The position numbers were made by a program, and so were the translations under genes. The notes below the pieces were generated by a model, which ran no database searches, was not told the DNA's origin, and saw only the letters and a list, made by a program, of their open reading frames with translations. From the NCBI GenBank assembly GCA_964016885.1, contig OZ024741.1, positions 405,604,001 through 405,668,000 on the forward strand: 64,000 nt of DNA, written 5' to 3'. Within the stretch, counting starts at the first letter, position 1. Every line of letters starts with the position of its first letter. The DNA is from Eledone cirrhosa. Lineage: Eukaryota. This document shows, piece after piece, positions 27,552 through 40,602 of this stretch.

Positions 27552-28309
27552 TATCTAATGAACATTTTCTGTTCCACCATTTTTTAAACATTTCTATAAG
27601 TCAGAAATCAGAGAAATGGCTTCATGATATTATTGAAAAAAATCTAAGTAATAACCAGATTCTAAATAGAATTCAATTTCTAAATTTAAATATCGGCTTC
27701 GAGTACTTACACCGAAAATTTATATTAAAAACAGATGTATATCGACATTTTCATTTAATCTTTTTAAGATAAAAAGGAAATAAAAAAATAATAAGATGCA
27801 TTTATTATGTTTTCGCTCTATTATACTATGAGACATTTACAATGACTAAATGTTTAGTGCCTTTGTAATGTTTCTTACGGAACTCCAGATGAGTTAGTTT
27901 CATAGAAATAGGTTGAGACAAGTAAAATGTGGAAGAAAATGTCAGAGTAAATTATTGTTGAAATGTTCAATAACCACTTTAAAGACAGAAATATATTGAT
28001 TAGTCTTCTACAGCCAGACAATCATTTTCTTTATTAAAAAATAAAATAAAAATAACTAAAATACATGGAAAATATCCCCCATCCCTCTTCTCCCGAAAAA
28101 AAAAAGAGTTTTCGTAAAAGCAGCCATCTTTAGAAATATGACAAGAAAATAATTTTTGCTTCATCAGGCATTAGTCAATACAATTTGGCTTGTTCATTTA
28201 CATTTTCTTAACCGATCTTGGTCGTATGACAAATCTAAAATGATTGAAAATTCCATGTAAACCGAATGTTCAGCACACGTTTAGTTCTTATTAAATTATC
28301 GTCCACACT

Positions 28310-29125
28310 ATGGTGGTAGGTTGGCAGTATCGGTAGAAGGTCGGATGCCATGCTTTGCAGCATAGAGTTACGACCCTTTATGATTTGATTTCAAATCCCG
28401 CCGAGGTTAACTTAGCCTTTCATCCTTATGGGGTCGAAAAAATAAAGTACCATTCACGTACTGGGGTCGATTTAATCGGCTTTCCGCTCTCCCAAAATTG
28501 CTGGCCTTGTGCCTATATAAGAAAGCATTAAATTATCGTCCACACTAGGGTGGTGGGTTGGCACACTCTGTAGAGCGTCGGACAACATTTTTTGCGACAT
28601 ATAGTTACGGTCCTTTACGTTCTGAGTTCAAATTCCGCCGAGGTTAGCTTCACCTTTCCTCCTTACGGTGTCGATAAAATAAAGTACCAGGAATATACTG
28701 GGGTCGATTTAATCGACTTTCTTCTCCCTTTCAATTTGCTGGCCTTATACCTAAAGTAGAAACCGTTATTATTATTATGTTCTAAGGGCGGTGGATTGGC
28801 GGTATCGGTAAAGGGTCGGACGCCATGCTTTGACGCATAGAGTTACGGCCCTTGCCATTCTGAAAATCCCGCCGAGGTTAACTTTGCCTTTCATCCTTAC
28901 GGGGTCGATAAAATAAAGTACCAGTAATGCACTGGGTAATTGCTGGCCTTGAGCCAAAAGTAGAAATAATTATTATGTTCTGAGTTGAAATCTCACTGCG
29001 GCTAAGCTTGGCCGTTCCTCCTTACGGTGTCGATAAAATAAAGTACCAGAAATATACTAGGGTCGATTTAATCGATTTCCCCCTCTCCCAAAATTGTTGG
29101 CCTTGTGCCTAAATCAGAAACCATT
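28310..29125 (+). mobile_element. Four stacked SINE copies
   Basis: Four SINE bodies starting at about 28312, 28549, 28787 and 28976. Confidence 0.9.
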
Positions 29126-29869
29126 AATTTATCGTCCACACTTGATTTTGTTTACATTGTTGTGGATGCATGTTATAGATTCCTTATTTTACTCTACAGA
29201 AAAAGTAAGAGACCCTTCAATAGGATTTGAATCCCGTTTTATATCAAAGAAATCGTTGAGATTTGGAATAGTTGAAGATAGAGATAGTTCTAAAATTAGT
29301 TTGTCCATAATCAACAGAAGAAAATATTTAAATCAATATTTTTTATATATTTTAATGCAGACGTTTATTATTATTTGAAGAACTTACCGATTTTAAGATG
29401 AAAGAATTTTCAAGAAAATATTCTTGCTTGAAAATATAAAAACAACTACTACATACAAATAAAGAATCTGTTTTTAAAAATTACAACATTATGTTTTGTT
29501 CTATTTTAATACAAGATTCAAATGAATAATTCAATATTCAATATATGTATAAACGATATCGATATATAACATATATTAAGTATCGAGGGATAGACCATTA
29601 CCTAAAGCTCCAGATATTCTATATGAAGATGAAAGTCTCAAGTGGTGCGTCAGAGATCTACTCAATGTGTTATCGCTATAGAATATATTTACCAAAATAG
29701 CGATTTTAAATTTTATATTCAAACTAAATATATTATAAACAATTGAAGCCCAAAAGAAGAAAAAAAAAACAGTCTTCAGACATTTGTTTTTACTGCAGCT
29801 CTCAAACAAATGATTCATAGTTTAATCCCCGAAAGTATTGAAATGTGTGGCTAGATATAAATAGAAACA

Positions 29870-30230
29870 CAGTACGTTCTCCAGCCGCAACCTGGTGCAG
29901 TCTTCGACTAACCCAGGTTCTACTGCATGTCGGGCTGAGGAGGCCAAACTCTTTAAATACCGGTCGCTCTCCGACAGGTTCGCGGTTGTACCCTTGGCAG
30001 TGGAGACTTCTGGTGTCCTTGGCCCTAGGGCTACCTCCCTATTCACCTCCATAGGCGCTGAGCTGGCCAGCCGCAGGTGTGAGCCTCGCGAGTTGGAATG
30101 GCTCTTCCAGCGCATCTCCCTTACCATTCTCCGGGGGAAACGCCTTCTCCATCCTGTCCGCCGGGGCTGTGGGGAGGCCATCACGTGGGACCCCATTTAC
30201 TCTCCATACGGATTAGTAGGCAAAGTTATA
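29870..30230 (+). mobile_element. CRE-like non-LTR element 3' fragment
   Basis: AEEAKLFKY…VPLAVETSG…LFQRISLTILRG, RLE-domain C-terminus. Confidence 0.75.
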
Positions 30231-31384
30231 AACTATTGTAAATAAAAAAACAACAAATACTTATAAATAGAAACAATCTTAAGATCATCGTCTTATATTC
30301 TCTTCAAATATTCTTGTGATTCATTTATTTAACACAGAATTGTTGGACGAAATCCTGGGTTTCTTGCCAGGCTTTACATATCCGTCAGCAAGCTAGCTAT
30401 TGAAATTATCTAAATATTTTCTATAGATATTTCTCTGAAGCACGTCCGACAAAGAATAAAGAAAACAACTCGTTACTAAAGCCCAAAGAAATTATTTAAA
30501 TGGAAACCTTTCTGAAATATCCGAATTTGAATATCTAGAATTACAGGTGAGAGAAAAGAAACTGTTTAATAAATAGAATAAAAAGTACCTTCCTGCTTCT
30601 GAATTCACTTGATTATTCATATTTATTTAGTTTTATATTTTAGGTATTCATAACTTCTGTAAATAAAACTTGTCTTACAGAACCGGAAACACGTATTTTT
30701 GGTTCAATAAATAAACGTTTCCTATAAAAAGTAAATACTTTTCTGTCTATGTCTCACGTATAAATATCTATTTCAATATCTATTTGATACTTACGTATCA
30801 AATTGAAAAAAATATATTTTCCAATTACGTCTATTCTAAGAACATAAAAATCATTTGGAAATGTATGAATTCAAAATATTTTGGTTAACTTTTCTATTTT
30901 GGTTTCACATAAAGGTAAAAACGCTATAATAGTTGGAACAGTTGGGAGTAGGTTTGGATATAACGGCCCACAATATTTAGTTGAGGTTGTTAAATGTTCT
31001 ACTTTTATATTTAGCTAAACAAGACACTTCACTGTTCATCGTTCAGGAAAGAGGGTGATAAAATTACTACAAGACAAGTACTGGGATCGATTTAATCGAC
31101 TACAGCTCCAACCCTAGCCAAACCAATAGAGTTTGACCTTGTTCCTCGGTAAGAAATCATATCAAGAGTGGTCACAATGTTAAGAGTGAAGAATACAACT
31201 AACTGAAACTGTTACACCGTATATTACTGGTACTTATTTCATCCATCTCCAATTTTCGGATATGTGAAATGCAGCATTAACCTCAATGCAATTTTAGCAG
31301 AATTTAGTAAGTTGAGAGTTGTAACTAAATAATGAAGTGCACCCTAAAATCTCCACCATTCCACCTCTATTAGGCTTGATACTA

Positions 31385-31479
<95 letters not shown>

Positions 31480-31599
31480 TGTCTCTCTCTCTTTCCCTAT
31501 TTCTCTCTCTCTCTCTCTCAGACGCGCTCCATCATCCACTTTAAAAAAAAATATAACCCACAAAAGCCTGCATCAATAGTTTTCCAAGAGATGGTAACA

Positions 31600-31810
31600 G
31601 GAATAGACCTGTTATTTTTCTCTAAAAACATTTTTTTCCAATTCCAACCCGCCCGTTCCTTCAATCTTTCTAATTTCTCATTCTTTCTTCTCATGAAGGA
31701 CTAGCGTCCGAAACGTTAAGACCCTCTTCCTGCTATTTCAAGCGTTAATTTAATATATTACATCCATATACTGTACCGATTGTGTTGTTATTTCTGTTTA
31801 CCTTTTACAC
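31600..31810 (+). mobile_element. Neptune-type PLE 3' end with decayed minimal HHR
   Basis: CTCATGA-AGGAC TAGC GTCC-GAAA-CG-TT at about 31690-31717, then AGCGTTAATTTAAT as in 20145-20165. Confidence 0.6.
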
Positions 31811-31829
31811 ACACCCATATATATATATT

Positions 31830-33375
31830 CTCCAACCGTGCTATTGTCCATTTACTGCACCTTGATCTATATTTTATTTCTTCTGTATTTTGATTTCTTC
31901 GATATGTTCTTATATACTTCCATTTTACTTCCCCAAGTACCACCCTAGATATGACTGCATTTTATTTATGCATTTTACTTATGTTTTTATTTATGTTTTT
32001 TATTTATTCGCTTTACCCTCATTATATACTTATCCTTGCGCTCATTAGCACATGACCCTACAATATTACTATCTGTACCCTTATATTTGTTTATTTTTAT
32101 TCACTCCCCCTACCGACCCAAGAATCACCCTACATATAACCCGGACTAACTGGGGACTAATTATAGTCTATTGACACATTTCATCAGATTTTGTCACTTT
32201 TAAACTTCACATCACGGGTGTGAATAACTAATAATCGTTTGGTACACGTGATGATCCAACGGATGTGGCGGCTTTCCCGACTGCACACCAGGCGCTCGGG
32301 TCGATCAGCCTTCCTAGAGTGCTTGGAAAAATTAAATTTCCCCTTCTTTCGGTAAACGAAAATACTCGGAACGGTTATTTCGCCCTGGGGCCCTGTCAGA
32401 CTTGGAATCCGCCGAGCAACCGGTCGTTGACCGCCAAACAGTACCTTTAAATCCTAGGCTTAATCATAACTTTTAACTTTATCATACCTCCTTCTACTAG
32501 CACTCAACTAAATCCCCCAAGAGTGTGAATAACTAGTAATCGCTAGGTATATACGATAGCCAGCTGACGGTGGCGGACTTCCCGCTAGCACACCCGACGC
32601 TTAAGTCAGTTAACATTCCTGGAGTGCTCTGAAAAATAAATTTCTCTTTCTTTCGCTATACGAAATTTCTCTTTCTTTCGCTAGACGTTGGGCCCCGGGC
32701 TGGCTGGTGGTCTGCAACGTCGCTGGTTAATGTCCGCTAAGCATGGGCTTAATCTTCACTCTATATTCCACCCTGAAACTTTATTGTGACTATGTATAAT
32801 ACACTTATACTTTTGCATAAAAGCCTCCTTCTGTAAATTCTTTAACTAAATCTCCCAACTTTAAACCAAAATCTTACTTTTCTAATTTAATCTTAAATGG
32901 CATCTTTTAACTCTAAACAAATTTAACCTTTCTAATTGTTAATCGTAATTTCTGGCCATACATTATACTGTGCTAAAGCCATATATATAGCTTTGTTAAA
33001 GATATATGTCTTTTGAAAAAATATTTTTCGCGGCACTTTCTAGCACTCCTGACCAGCTTGAATGTAACCTGATCTCACCACTGGCCTCTGTCGATGACGG
33101 GATGGTAGTAGTGCACTATAAGCCTACGCCCCTTCACCACAAGGACATAAGAAGACTTAATAATCATCACTCGAGGGCGGCTGACCGGGCTAGAAGCTGC
33201 TAAATGTTCGGCCGCCCTCTGTCTCTGCTTTTCAGCCCCATGGATTTTGTCTATTATATTCCTTTGTTATATTTCGAATACCTGATCATGTCACCGGATT
33301 CATATTGAACCCGGTCTTTGAAATGATCATAGTATAATAAACCTTTCAAGGATTTACATTAGTCCAGCCTCCTGT

Positions 33376-33378
<3 letters not shown>
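31830..33378 (+). mobile_element. PLE-type 3' UTR with an internal duplication (about 305-bp period) and terminal HHR
   Basis: The end matches 58050-58200; HHR-like CTGATCA…GAAA-TGATCA-TA at 33278-33335; ends in (TA)n. Confidence 0.6.
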
Positions 33379-33455
<77 letters not shown>

Positions 33456-34040
33456 CGGCGATGAATTAGTTTTGCGAGGTTTTTTATATGAAATCGTGTG
33501 TCGAAACAGATATTGTTATATTTGGGGAGGGTCATATTTGCGTAATATTGCCAGAATTAATAACAGAACACACTCACTGTTTGGTTGGTTTTCGCTTCTC
33601 GCTGTCTTTTATATATATATATCTGCGATCTAACTTACTCGGTCCTCAATGTTGCCATTGACTGACCGGCGGTCAAAAATAATACAGATACAATATAGAC
33701 AAACACATATATATATAGTTTACATAATTTACATAAATCTTTCGTTGCACATCTGCAACATCGTCAGTGGTGTTATATTCATTGTTCCTCCTGTTGTGTT
33801 GTATGTCTACGCCATTTTTTTTTGTTCAGTCTGTCTATATATTTATTTATTTATTTGCTTGTTTGTTTATCTTATTTTATTTTGTCTTCTTTGCGCATGC
33901 GTTTGCGTGTGTGTATAGTGTTATGTGTGATGTGTGACTAGTGTGTATAGTGTTGTGTCTGCTGGGTGACTAGTGTGTGTTTATGTGCTTGTGTATGTAT
34001 TTATTTATCTTATTTTATTTTATTTAATTTACTTATTTAT

Positions 34041-35810
34041 TTATACTTCTCTTAGGTCAGTGTTGTTTGTTTGGGTGTTGTTGTTGTTCCACTCATTCTT
34101 TCTGTTTAGCTTTGGTCTTCTAATTTCTATTTCACTGGCCTCTCTGATTTGCCTATCTGCTGGGTCATTCCTATGTTTAGATATTATTCTAATTTCTATG
34201 TTGTCTATGTTACCGTCATGTTGTTGTCTAGCATGTTCGTATAGTACTGACCCGTTTTTTCGTCCTTTTAGTTCCCCCCAGTGTTGGTCTATCCTTTCAC
34301 CTATGCTACGAGCTGTCTCACCTATGTATGTTGTTGTCGTGTTTCTGCAAGTACCCTCTGTACATCTTATGCTATAGACTACGTTTCTAGTTTTACAGTT
34401 TATCCGGGGGTTCGCCTTACATATGATACATTTCCTATTGGTACAGTGGGTTTTCTTAAAAGGGTAGGTTTTGCTGATCAGGGATTTTATGGTGGTTCCT
34501 GGCTTTTCTACCACCTTTATTTTTAAGTGGGTCTTTCTCAGGGCCTTTCTACACTGGTTAGCTAATTTCCCTCCAGGGGTGGCGTCCACAAACATGACAC
34601 TCTGATATCTCTGGTTGTCGTACCATGATGTGGCCTTCCCTATCTTATGTCTAGCCCTATCTAAGCTATTCCATGATTTGCTCCTGTATAGTGGGCAAAT
34701 TCCTTTCATGTCCAGTTTTATGAGGGTCTTATACTTTTCCATGGCTCCTTCGTATACTCTGACTCTGTCTCTTTGGTTGTAGCCAGAGAACTGCATGCGG
34801 TTGATGAAGTGTTGGATGTGTCCTTCCATTTCTGTTGGGTCGCACATGCTGGACACATTCTTCATCACTCGTACCAAATCTGCGATCAGAATATTAAACT
34901 TAGCACTACTGGACATTGCTGAGTTTTTGAGTATCAGGTATTTGGAGGCCATGGGTTTAGCATAGTGTGAGTGGAGAATTTGGGCTCTCTCGTCTATAGT
35001 GTTAATCCAGAGTTCTGTGTCTAATACAGGTAGTCTATTGTTAGGGTGTTTGGAAGGGAAGTCTATAGTTACAGTTATACTCTGGTGTATGGAATTAGCT
35101 ATCTGCTGGATGCTTTCCATCGTGCTACGTTCTAAATCAAACTTGTTAGTGCTCTCTAGTGGGGGTGTTCTTATAACTATATTGATATCGTCTACATAAC
35201 GAGAGTACATGATGAGGTCTATGGAGCTTTCATTAAGGAGATCTTTAAGTCTCCTTTCCCACCATACCATGAAAAGGTTGGCAACATCACCAGCTATGCT
35301 GACGCCGATGGCTGCTCCCTCATTTTGGGTGTAGATTTTCTCATTGAACTTAAATATGTGGCCCTTTAGGGTAGTTTTGATACTAGCCCCTATTGCATGT
35401 GCGACCATTTTTCTTACCTGATCAGTGTTTTGGGGGGTCCGTATAGCTTTGGTCCACCAAATCCACCTTCCTATGGGAGTCTTTTTAGCCATTGAGGTTA
35501 TGGTGGGGGGTCTACCTCTTATAGGTCTACTAGGGCAGAAACATCTAAGGTCATGGCTGTCTAGGTAGTCAGTGTCGTAGGTAAGTCTAAGTAGGAGGCC
35601 CAGTTCGTCTGTGTCGACGTCGCAGAACTCCACCTCACTCTCAATGATCACCTCCACACATCTTTTCACAGCAAAATCAATGTTAATGGATGGGTACAGT
35701 GACACCACATCCATGCTGCCTATTATGCAGTTGGATAGGCTCCTGTTTTTGTTGCACTCACTGATTCTGCTGAGGAGGTCCTCTGTACTTTCACATACAT
35801 CTGGGGACAT
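34041..35810 (-). CDS. 5'-truncated inverted copy of PLE RT-GIY-YIG, 589 aa open
   Basis: Differs from the matching part of 36402..38576 at only two residues I could see (K/E, A/V). Confidence 0.9.
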   Translation of the reverse strand: MSPDVCESTEDLLSRISECNKNRSLSNCIIGSMDVVSLYPSINIDFAVKRCVEVIIESEVEFCDVDTDELGLLLRLTYDTDYLDSHDLRCFCPSRPIRGRPPTITSMAKKTPIGRWIWWTKAIRTPQNTDQVRKMVAHAIGASIKTTLKGHIFKFNEKIYTQNEGAAIGVSIAGDVANLFMVWWERRLKDLLNESSIDLIMYSRYVDDINIVIRTPPLESTNKFDLERSTMESIQQIANSIHQSITVTIDFPSKHPNNRLPVLDTELWINTIDERAQILHSHYAKPMASKYLILKNSAMSSSAKFNILIADLVRVMKNVSSMCDPTEMEGHIQHFINRMQFSGYNQRDRVRVYEGAMEKYKTLIKLDMKGICPLYRSKSWNSLDRARHKIGKATSWYDNQRYQSVMFVDATPGGKLANQCRKALRKTHLKIKVVEKPGTTIKSLISKTYPFKKTHCTNRKCIICKANPRINCKTRNVVYSIRCTEGTCRNTTTTYIGETARSIGERIDQHWGELKGRKNGSVLYEHARQQHDGNIDNIEIRIISKHRNDPADRQIREASEIEIRRPKLNRKNEWNNNNTQTNNTDLREV

Positions 35811-36401
35811 CTTGATTAGATAGACAGAACAACAACAACCACAATAATAATAATAATAGAAACGTTAACCACAGACACAGCAACAGTGACCACAGTAGTA
35901 ATAACGGTAACAATACGAACAACAACAACAACAATAACCACAGTGGTAATAATGGAAATAGTACATGTAGCAACATCAACAAAAACAAGAAACATAATAA
36001 TAGTAACAACCACAATGGTAGAAATAGCAGTAACAACAACAACAATAACGGTGAAGTAAACAACAATACATCTAGCAATCATAACAATAATAATATTAAT
36101 GCTAATGATAGAAACAACAACAACCACCATGATAACAATAATAGCAACACACACAACTATGACGATAGAAATAACGACAACCCCTTAGAGAAACTATTTT
36201 TCAACCCAGCTGACAAAACATATAAGATGGGTAATATCTATCCTACGAGGTTACCCTTTAATAAAAGAGTTTGCATACCACAGCAAATAGATGACGAGAC
36301 GGAGGCACAGTTCACCATAGCTAGAAATAAGATTAGACAAGTAGTAGACAGGTACACTATGAGACAGAGCAGACCAGACTTGGATAAAACCTGTAGAAGG
36401 C

Positions 36402-38576
36402 TTGGTTAGCCTCAAGCAGCGCACAAGGGATGGTGAGGTAGTGTGTCTACCCACAGATAAGTCCGGTAGGATGTCAATAGATAGCATGCCGAACTACATC
36501 GAGGCAATGCAACCCCACATCACCAACACGAGCGAAGTTGCACAACTAACACACGATGGGAGAGAAAAAATCCTCAACGCTCACATGATGATGTGGACTG
36601 ACATCCTAAAGCCAAGCAGACGCACTGCCAACAACTTCCAGGCGTCTAACAATGGCATACCACCCTTGTATGGGCTCCGCAAAGACCACAAGACAGTCGA
36701 CGACCCGACAACAGGACCACCAACAAGACCCGTATGCGGAGCTAATATAGCTAGCAACTACAGGATCTCCTACTTCCTCTCAATGGTTATACGCCCCATA
36801 ATCAAGATGTCCCCAGATGTATGTGAAAGTACAGAGGACCTCCTCAGCAGAATCAGTGAGTGCAACAAAAACAGGAGCCTATCCAACTGCATAATAGGCA
36901 GCATGGATGTTGTGTCACTGTACCCATCCATTAACATTGATTTTGCTGTGAAAAGATGTGTGGAGGTGATCATTGAGAGTGAGGTGGAGTTCTGCGACGT
37001 CGACACAGACGAACTGGGCCTCCTACTTAGACTTACCTACGACACTGACTACCTAGACAGCCATGACCTTAGATGTTTCTGCCCTAGTAGACCTATAAGA
37101 GGTAGACCCCCCACCATAACCTCAATGGCTAAAAAGACTCCCATAGGAAGGTGGATTTGGTGGACCAAAGCTATACGGACCCCCCAAAACACTGATCAGG
37201 TAAGAAAAATGGTCGCACATGCAATAGGGGCTAGTATCAAAACTACCCTAAAGGGCCACATATTTAAGTTCAATGAGAAAATCTACACCCAAAATGAGGG
37301 AGCAGCCATCGGCGTCAGCATAGCTGGTGATGTTGCCAACCTTTTCATGGTATGGTGGGAAAGGAGACTTAAAGATCTCCTTAATGAAAGCTCCATAGAC
37401 CTCATCATGTACTCTCGTTATGTAGACGATATCAATATAGTTATAAGAACACCCCCACTAGAGAGCACTAACAAGTTTGATTTAGAACGTAGCACGATGG
37501 AAAGCATCCAGCAGATAGCTAATTCCATACACCAGAGTATAACTGTAACTATAGACTTCCCTTCCAAACACCCTAACAATAGACTACCTGTATTAGACAC
37601 AGAACTCTGGATTAACACTATAGACGAGAGAGCCCAAATTCTCCACTCACACTATGCTAAACCCATGGCCTCCAAATACCTGATACTCAAAAACTCAGCA
37701 ATGTCCAGTAGTGCTAAGTTTAATATTCTGATCGCAGATTTGGTACGAGTGATGAAGAATGTGTCCAGCATGTGCGACCCAACAGAAATGGAAGGACACA
37801 TCCAACACTTCATCAACCGCATGCAGTTCTCTGGCTACAACCAAAGAGACAGAGTCAGAGTATACGAAGGAGCCATGGAAAAGTATAAGACCCTCATAGA
37901 ACTGGACATGAAAGGAATTTGCCCACTATACAGGAGCAAATCATGGAATAGCTTAGATAGGGCTAGACATAAGATAGGGAAGGCCACATCATGGTACGAC
38001 AACCAGAGATATCAGAGTGTCATGTTTGTGGACGCCACCCCTGGAGGGAAATTAGCTAACCAGTGTAGAAAGGCCCTGAGAAAGACCCACTTAAAAATAA
38101 AGGTGGTAGAAAAGCCAGGAACCACCATAAAATCCCTGATCAGCAAAACCTACCCTTTTAAGAAAACCCACTGTACCAATAGGAAATGTATCATATGTAA
38201 GGTGAACCCCCGGATAAACTGTAAAACTAGAAACGTAGTCTATAGCATAAGATGTACAGAGGGTACTTGCAGAAACACGACAACAACATACATAGGTGAG
38301 ACAGCTCGTAGCATAGGTGAAAGGATAGACCAACACTGGGGGGAACTAAAAGGACGAAAAAACGGGTCAGTACTATACGAACATGCTAGACAACAACATG
38401 ACGGTAACATAGACAACATAGAAATTAGAATAATATCTAAACATAGGAATGACCCAGCAGATAGGCAAATCAGAGAGGCCAGTGAAATAGAAATTAGAAG
38501 ACCAAAGCTAAACAGAAAGAATGAGTGGAACAACAACAACACCCAAACAAACAACACTGACCTAAGAGAAGTATAA
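36402..38576 (+). CDS. PLE reverse transcriptase + GIY-YIG endonuclease, 724 aa open; upstream part frameshifted near 36390
   Basis: TDKSG; LYGLRKDHK; TRPV; MDVVSLYPSI; GAAIG; RYVDD; PVLD; CTNRKCIIC; VVYSIRC…YIGETAR; RQIREA; LNRKNEW. Confidence 0.95.
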   Translation: MVSLKQRTRDGEVVCLPTDKSGRMSIDSMPNYIEAMQPHITNTSEVAQLTHDGREKILNAHMMMWTDILKPSRRTANNFQASNNGIPPLYGLRKDHKTVDDPTTGPPTRPVCGANIASNYRISYFLSMVIRPIIKMSPDVCESTEDLLSRISECNKNRSLSNCIIGSMDVVSLYPSINIDFAVKRCVEVIIESEVEFCDVDTDELGLLLRLTYDTDYLDSHDLRCFCPSRPIRGRPPTITSMAKKTPIGRWIWWTKAIRTPQNTDQVRKMVAHAIGASIKTTLKGHIFKFNEKIYTQNEGAAIGVSIAGDVANLFMVWWERRLKDLLNESSIDLIMYSRYVDDINIVIRTPPLESTNKFDLERSTMESIQQIANSIHQSITVTIDFPSKHPNNRLPVLDTELWINTIDERAQILHSHYAKPMASKYLILKNSAMSSSAKFNILIADLVRVMKNVSSMCDPTEMEGHIQHFINRMQFSGYNQRDRVRVYEGAMEKYKTLIELDMKGICPLYRSKSWNSLDRARHKIGKATSWYDNQRYQSVMFVDATPGGKLANQCRKALRKTHLKIKVVEKPGTTIKSLISKTYPFKKTHCTNRKCIICKVNPRINCKTRNVVYSIRCTEGTCRNTTTTYIGETARSIGERIDQHWGELKGRKNGSVLYEHARQQHDGNIDNIEIRIISKHRNDPADRQIREASEIEIRRPKLNRKNEWNNNNTQTNNTDLREV

Positions 38577-39098
38577 ATAAATAAGTAAATTAAATAAAAT
38601 AAAATAAGATAAATAAATACATACACAAGCACATAAACACACACTAGTCACCCAGCAGACACAACACTATACACACTAGTCACACATCACACATAACACT
38701 ATACACACACGCAAACGCATGCGCAAAGAAGACAAAATAAAATAAGATAAACAAACAAGCAAATAAATAAATAAATATATAGACAGACTGAACAAAAAAA
38801 AATGGCGTAGACATACAACACAACAGGAGGAACAATGAATATAACACCACTGACGATGTTGCAGATGTGCAACGAAAGATTTATGTAAATTATGTAAACT
38901 ATATATATATGTGTTTGTCTATATTGTATCTGTATTATTTTTGACCGCCGGTCAGTCAATGGCAACATTGAGGACCGAGTAAGTTAGATCGCAGATATAT
39001 ATATATAAAAGACAGCGAGAAGCGAAAACCAACCAAACAGTGAGTGTGTTCTGTTATTAATTCTGGCAATATTACGCAAATATGACCCTCCCCAAATA

Positions 39099-39164
<66 letters not shown>

Positions 39165-39168
<4 letters not shown>

Positions 39169-39548
39169 AACAAAAGATGGTTAAAAGAGTTCCATGTATT
39201 TTATTATGCGCATTTCAAAAACAAATATCATCATGCAATAATATTTGTGTTTTCATCAGATAAAACATGAAGACATGATATGAAGGTTAAAAAATTGATT
39301 TAAAACTGAACTATCCACACGTGTTTTTTAACCTTCATATCATGTCTTCATGTTTTATCTGATGAAAACACAAATATTATTGCATGATGATATTTGTTTT
39401 TGAAATGCGCATAATAAAATACATGGAACTCTTTTAACCATCTTTTGTTCTTATATATTATGTATACTCCAGTCCTACAAACTGTAGAGTGCTTATTATC
39501 CGATATCTGCATTGCCTTATTGTACTACAATAAAACTCACCTCCTACA
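39165..39548. mobile_element. Two-armed inverted insertion, family A, with HHRs at 39199-39265 (-) and 39353-39419 (+)
   Basis: Nearly the same short and long end points as 14300-15588. Confidence 0.9.
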
Positions 39549-39640
<92 letters not shown>

Positions 39641-39646
<6 letters not shown>

Positions 39647-40320
39647 AAATACTCACGTAAATCTAGGCAGTATTCGGCTGCGCTTTCTAGCAACCAGCCT
39701 ACTCGCCGACAGGCACCAATCACAAACTTTTTGCCTCGACCACTGGCCACGTGATGGTTCTTAGCCATTTTGAATTCATTTCTGGCGGGATCGTGGTAGA
39801 AGAGACTTAGTCCAGTCTGGGGTATCTCCTGGTGAGTTCCAAACCTCGTGGATTTATCCAAGACCGGGTATATCCAAAAAGTGGAACGAAATCACCGGTG
39901 GTAGAGACTATGAGAATTCTGGTAAAATTTATGTGCATTTTTTCTTCAAACTTCTATTTTGTACCTGATTCTGTGTAGTTAACTATTTGTCTAGTCAATT
40001 TCTACAGGCTAGAAGAAATAATTAGATAAGTGTCATATGGCTGTACATCGCGGAAAATAATCTGTATCATTTGTCTATTATTTCTTCATAAGTACATTTT
40101 AAACTTATAGCCTCGTTTAAATTATTTTTTATGTGGTTAATTTATACTGATTAGGAGAGGAAATACTGTATATATTTTATCTAATGATTCTTTGGACTTA
40201 CTTTTTTATATAATGCTCTGATTAATAATTATTTAATTAATTCTTCATTGAGCCACACCGTGAATGGTTACCAAACTCATATATGTATCTGTGACTATGT
40301 CTAATTATATATATATACCA
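39641..40320 (+). mobile_element. Non-coding element related to the 519-nt unit
   Basis: Shares CAAACTTT…CCTCGA…CACGTGAT…TTCTT…TTTTGAATT with 57200-57255 (-); CATTGAGCCAC near the end; (TA)n flanks. Confidence 0.55.
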
Positions 40321-40324
40321 TTTG

Positions 40325-40446
<122 letters not shown>

Positions 40447-40460
40447 TAAATAATATATAT

Positions 40461-40497
<37 letters not shown>

Positions 40498-40522
40498 TAT
40501 TATATATATATATTATATATAT

Positions 40523-40598
<76 letters not shown>

Positions 40599-40602
<4 letters not shown>

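Larger units (their letters stand above)
33454..39102. mobile_element. Young inverted PLE pair (possibly Nematis-type)
   Basis: 33514-35817 (-) is nearly identical to 36800-39101 (+); the left arm has a tail of about 60 nt; (TA)n flanks. Confidence 0.95.
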
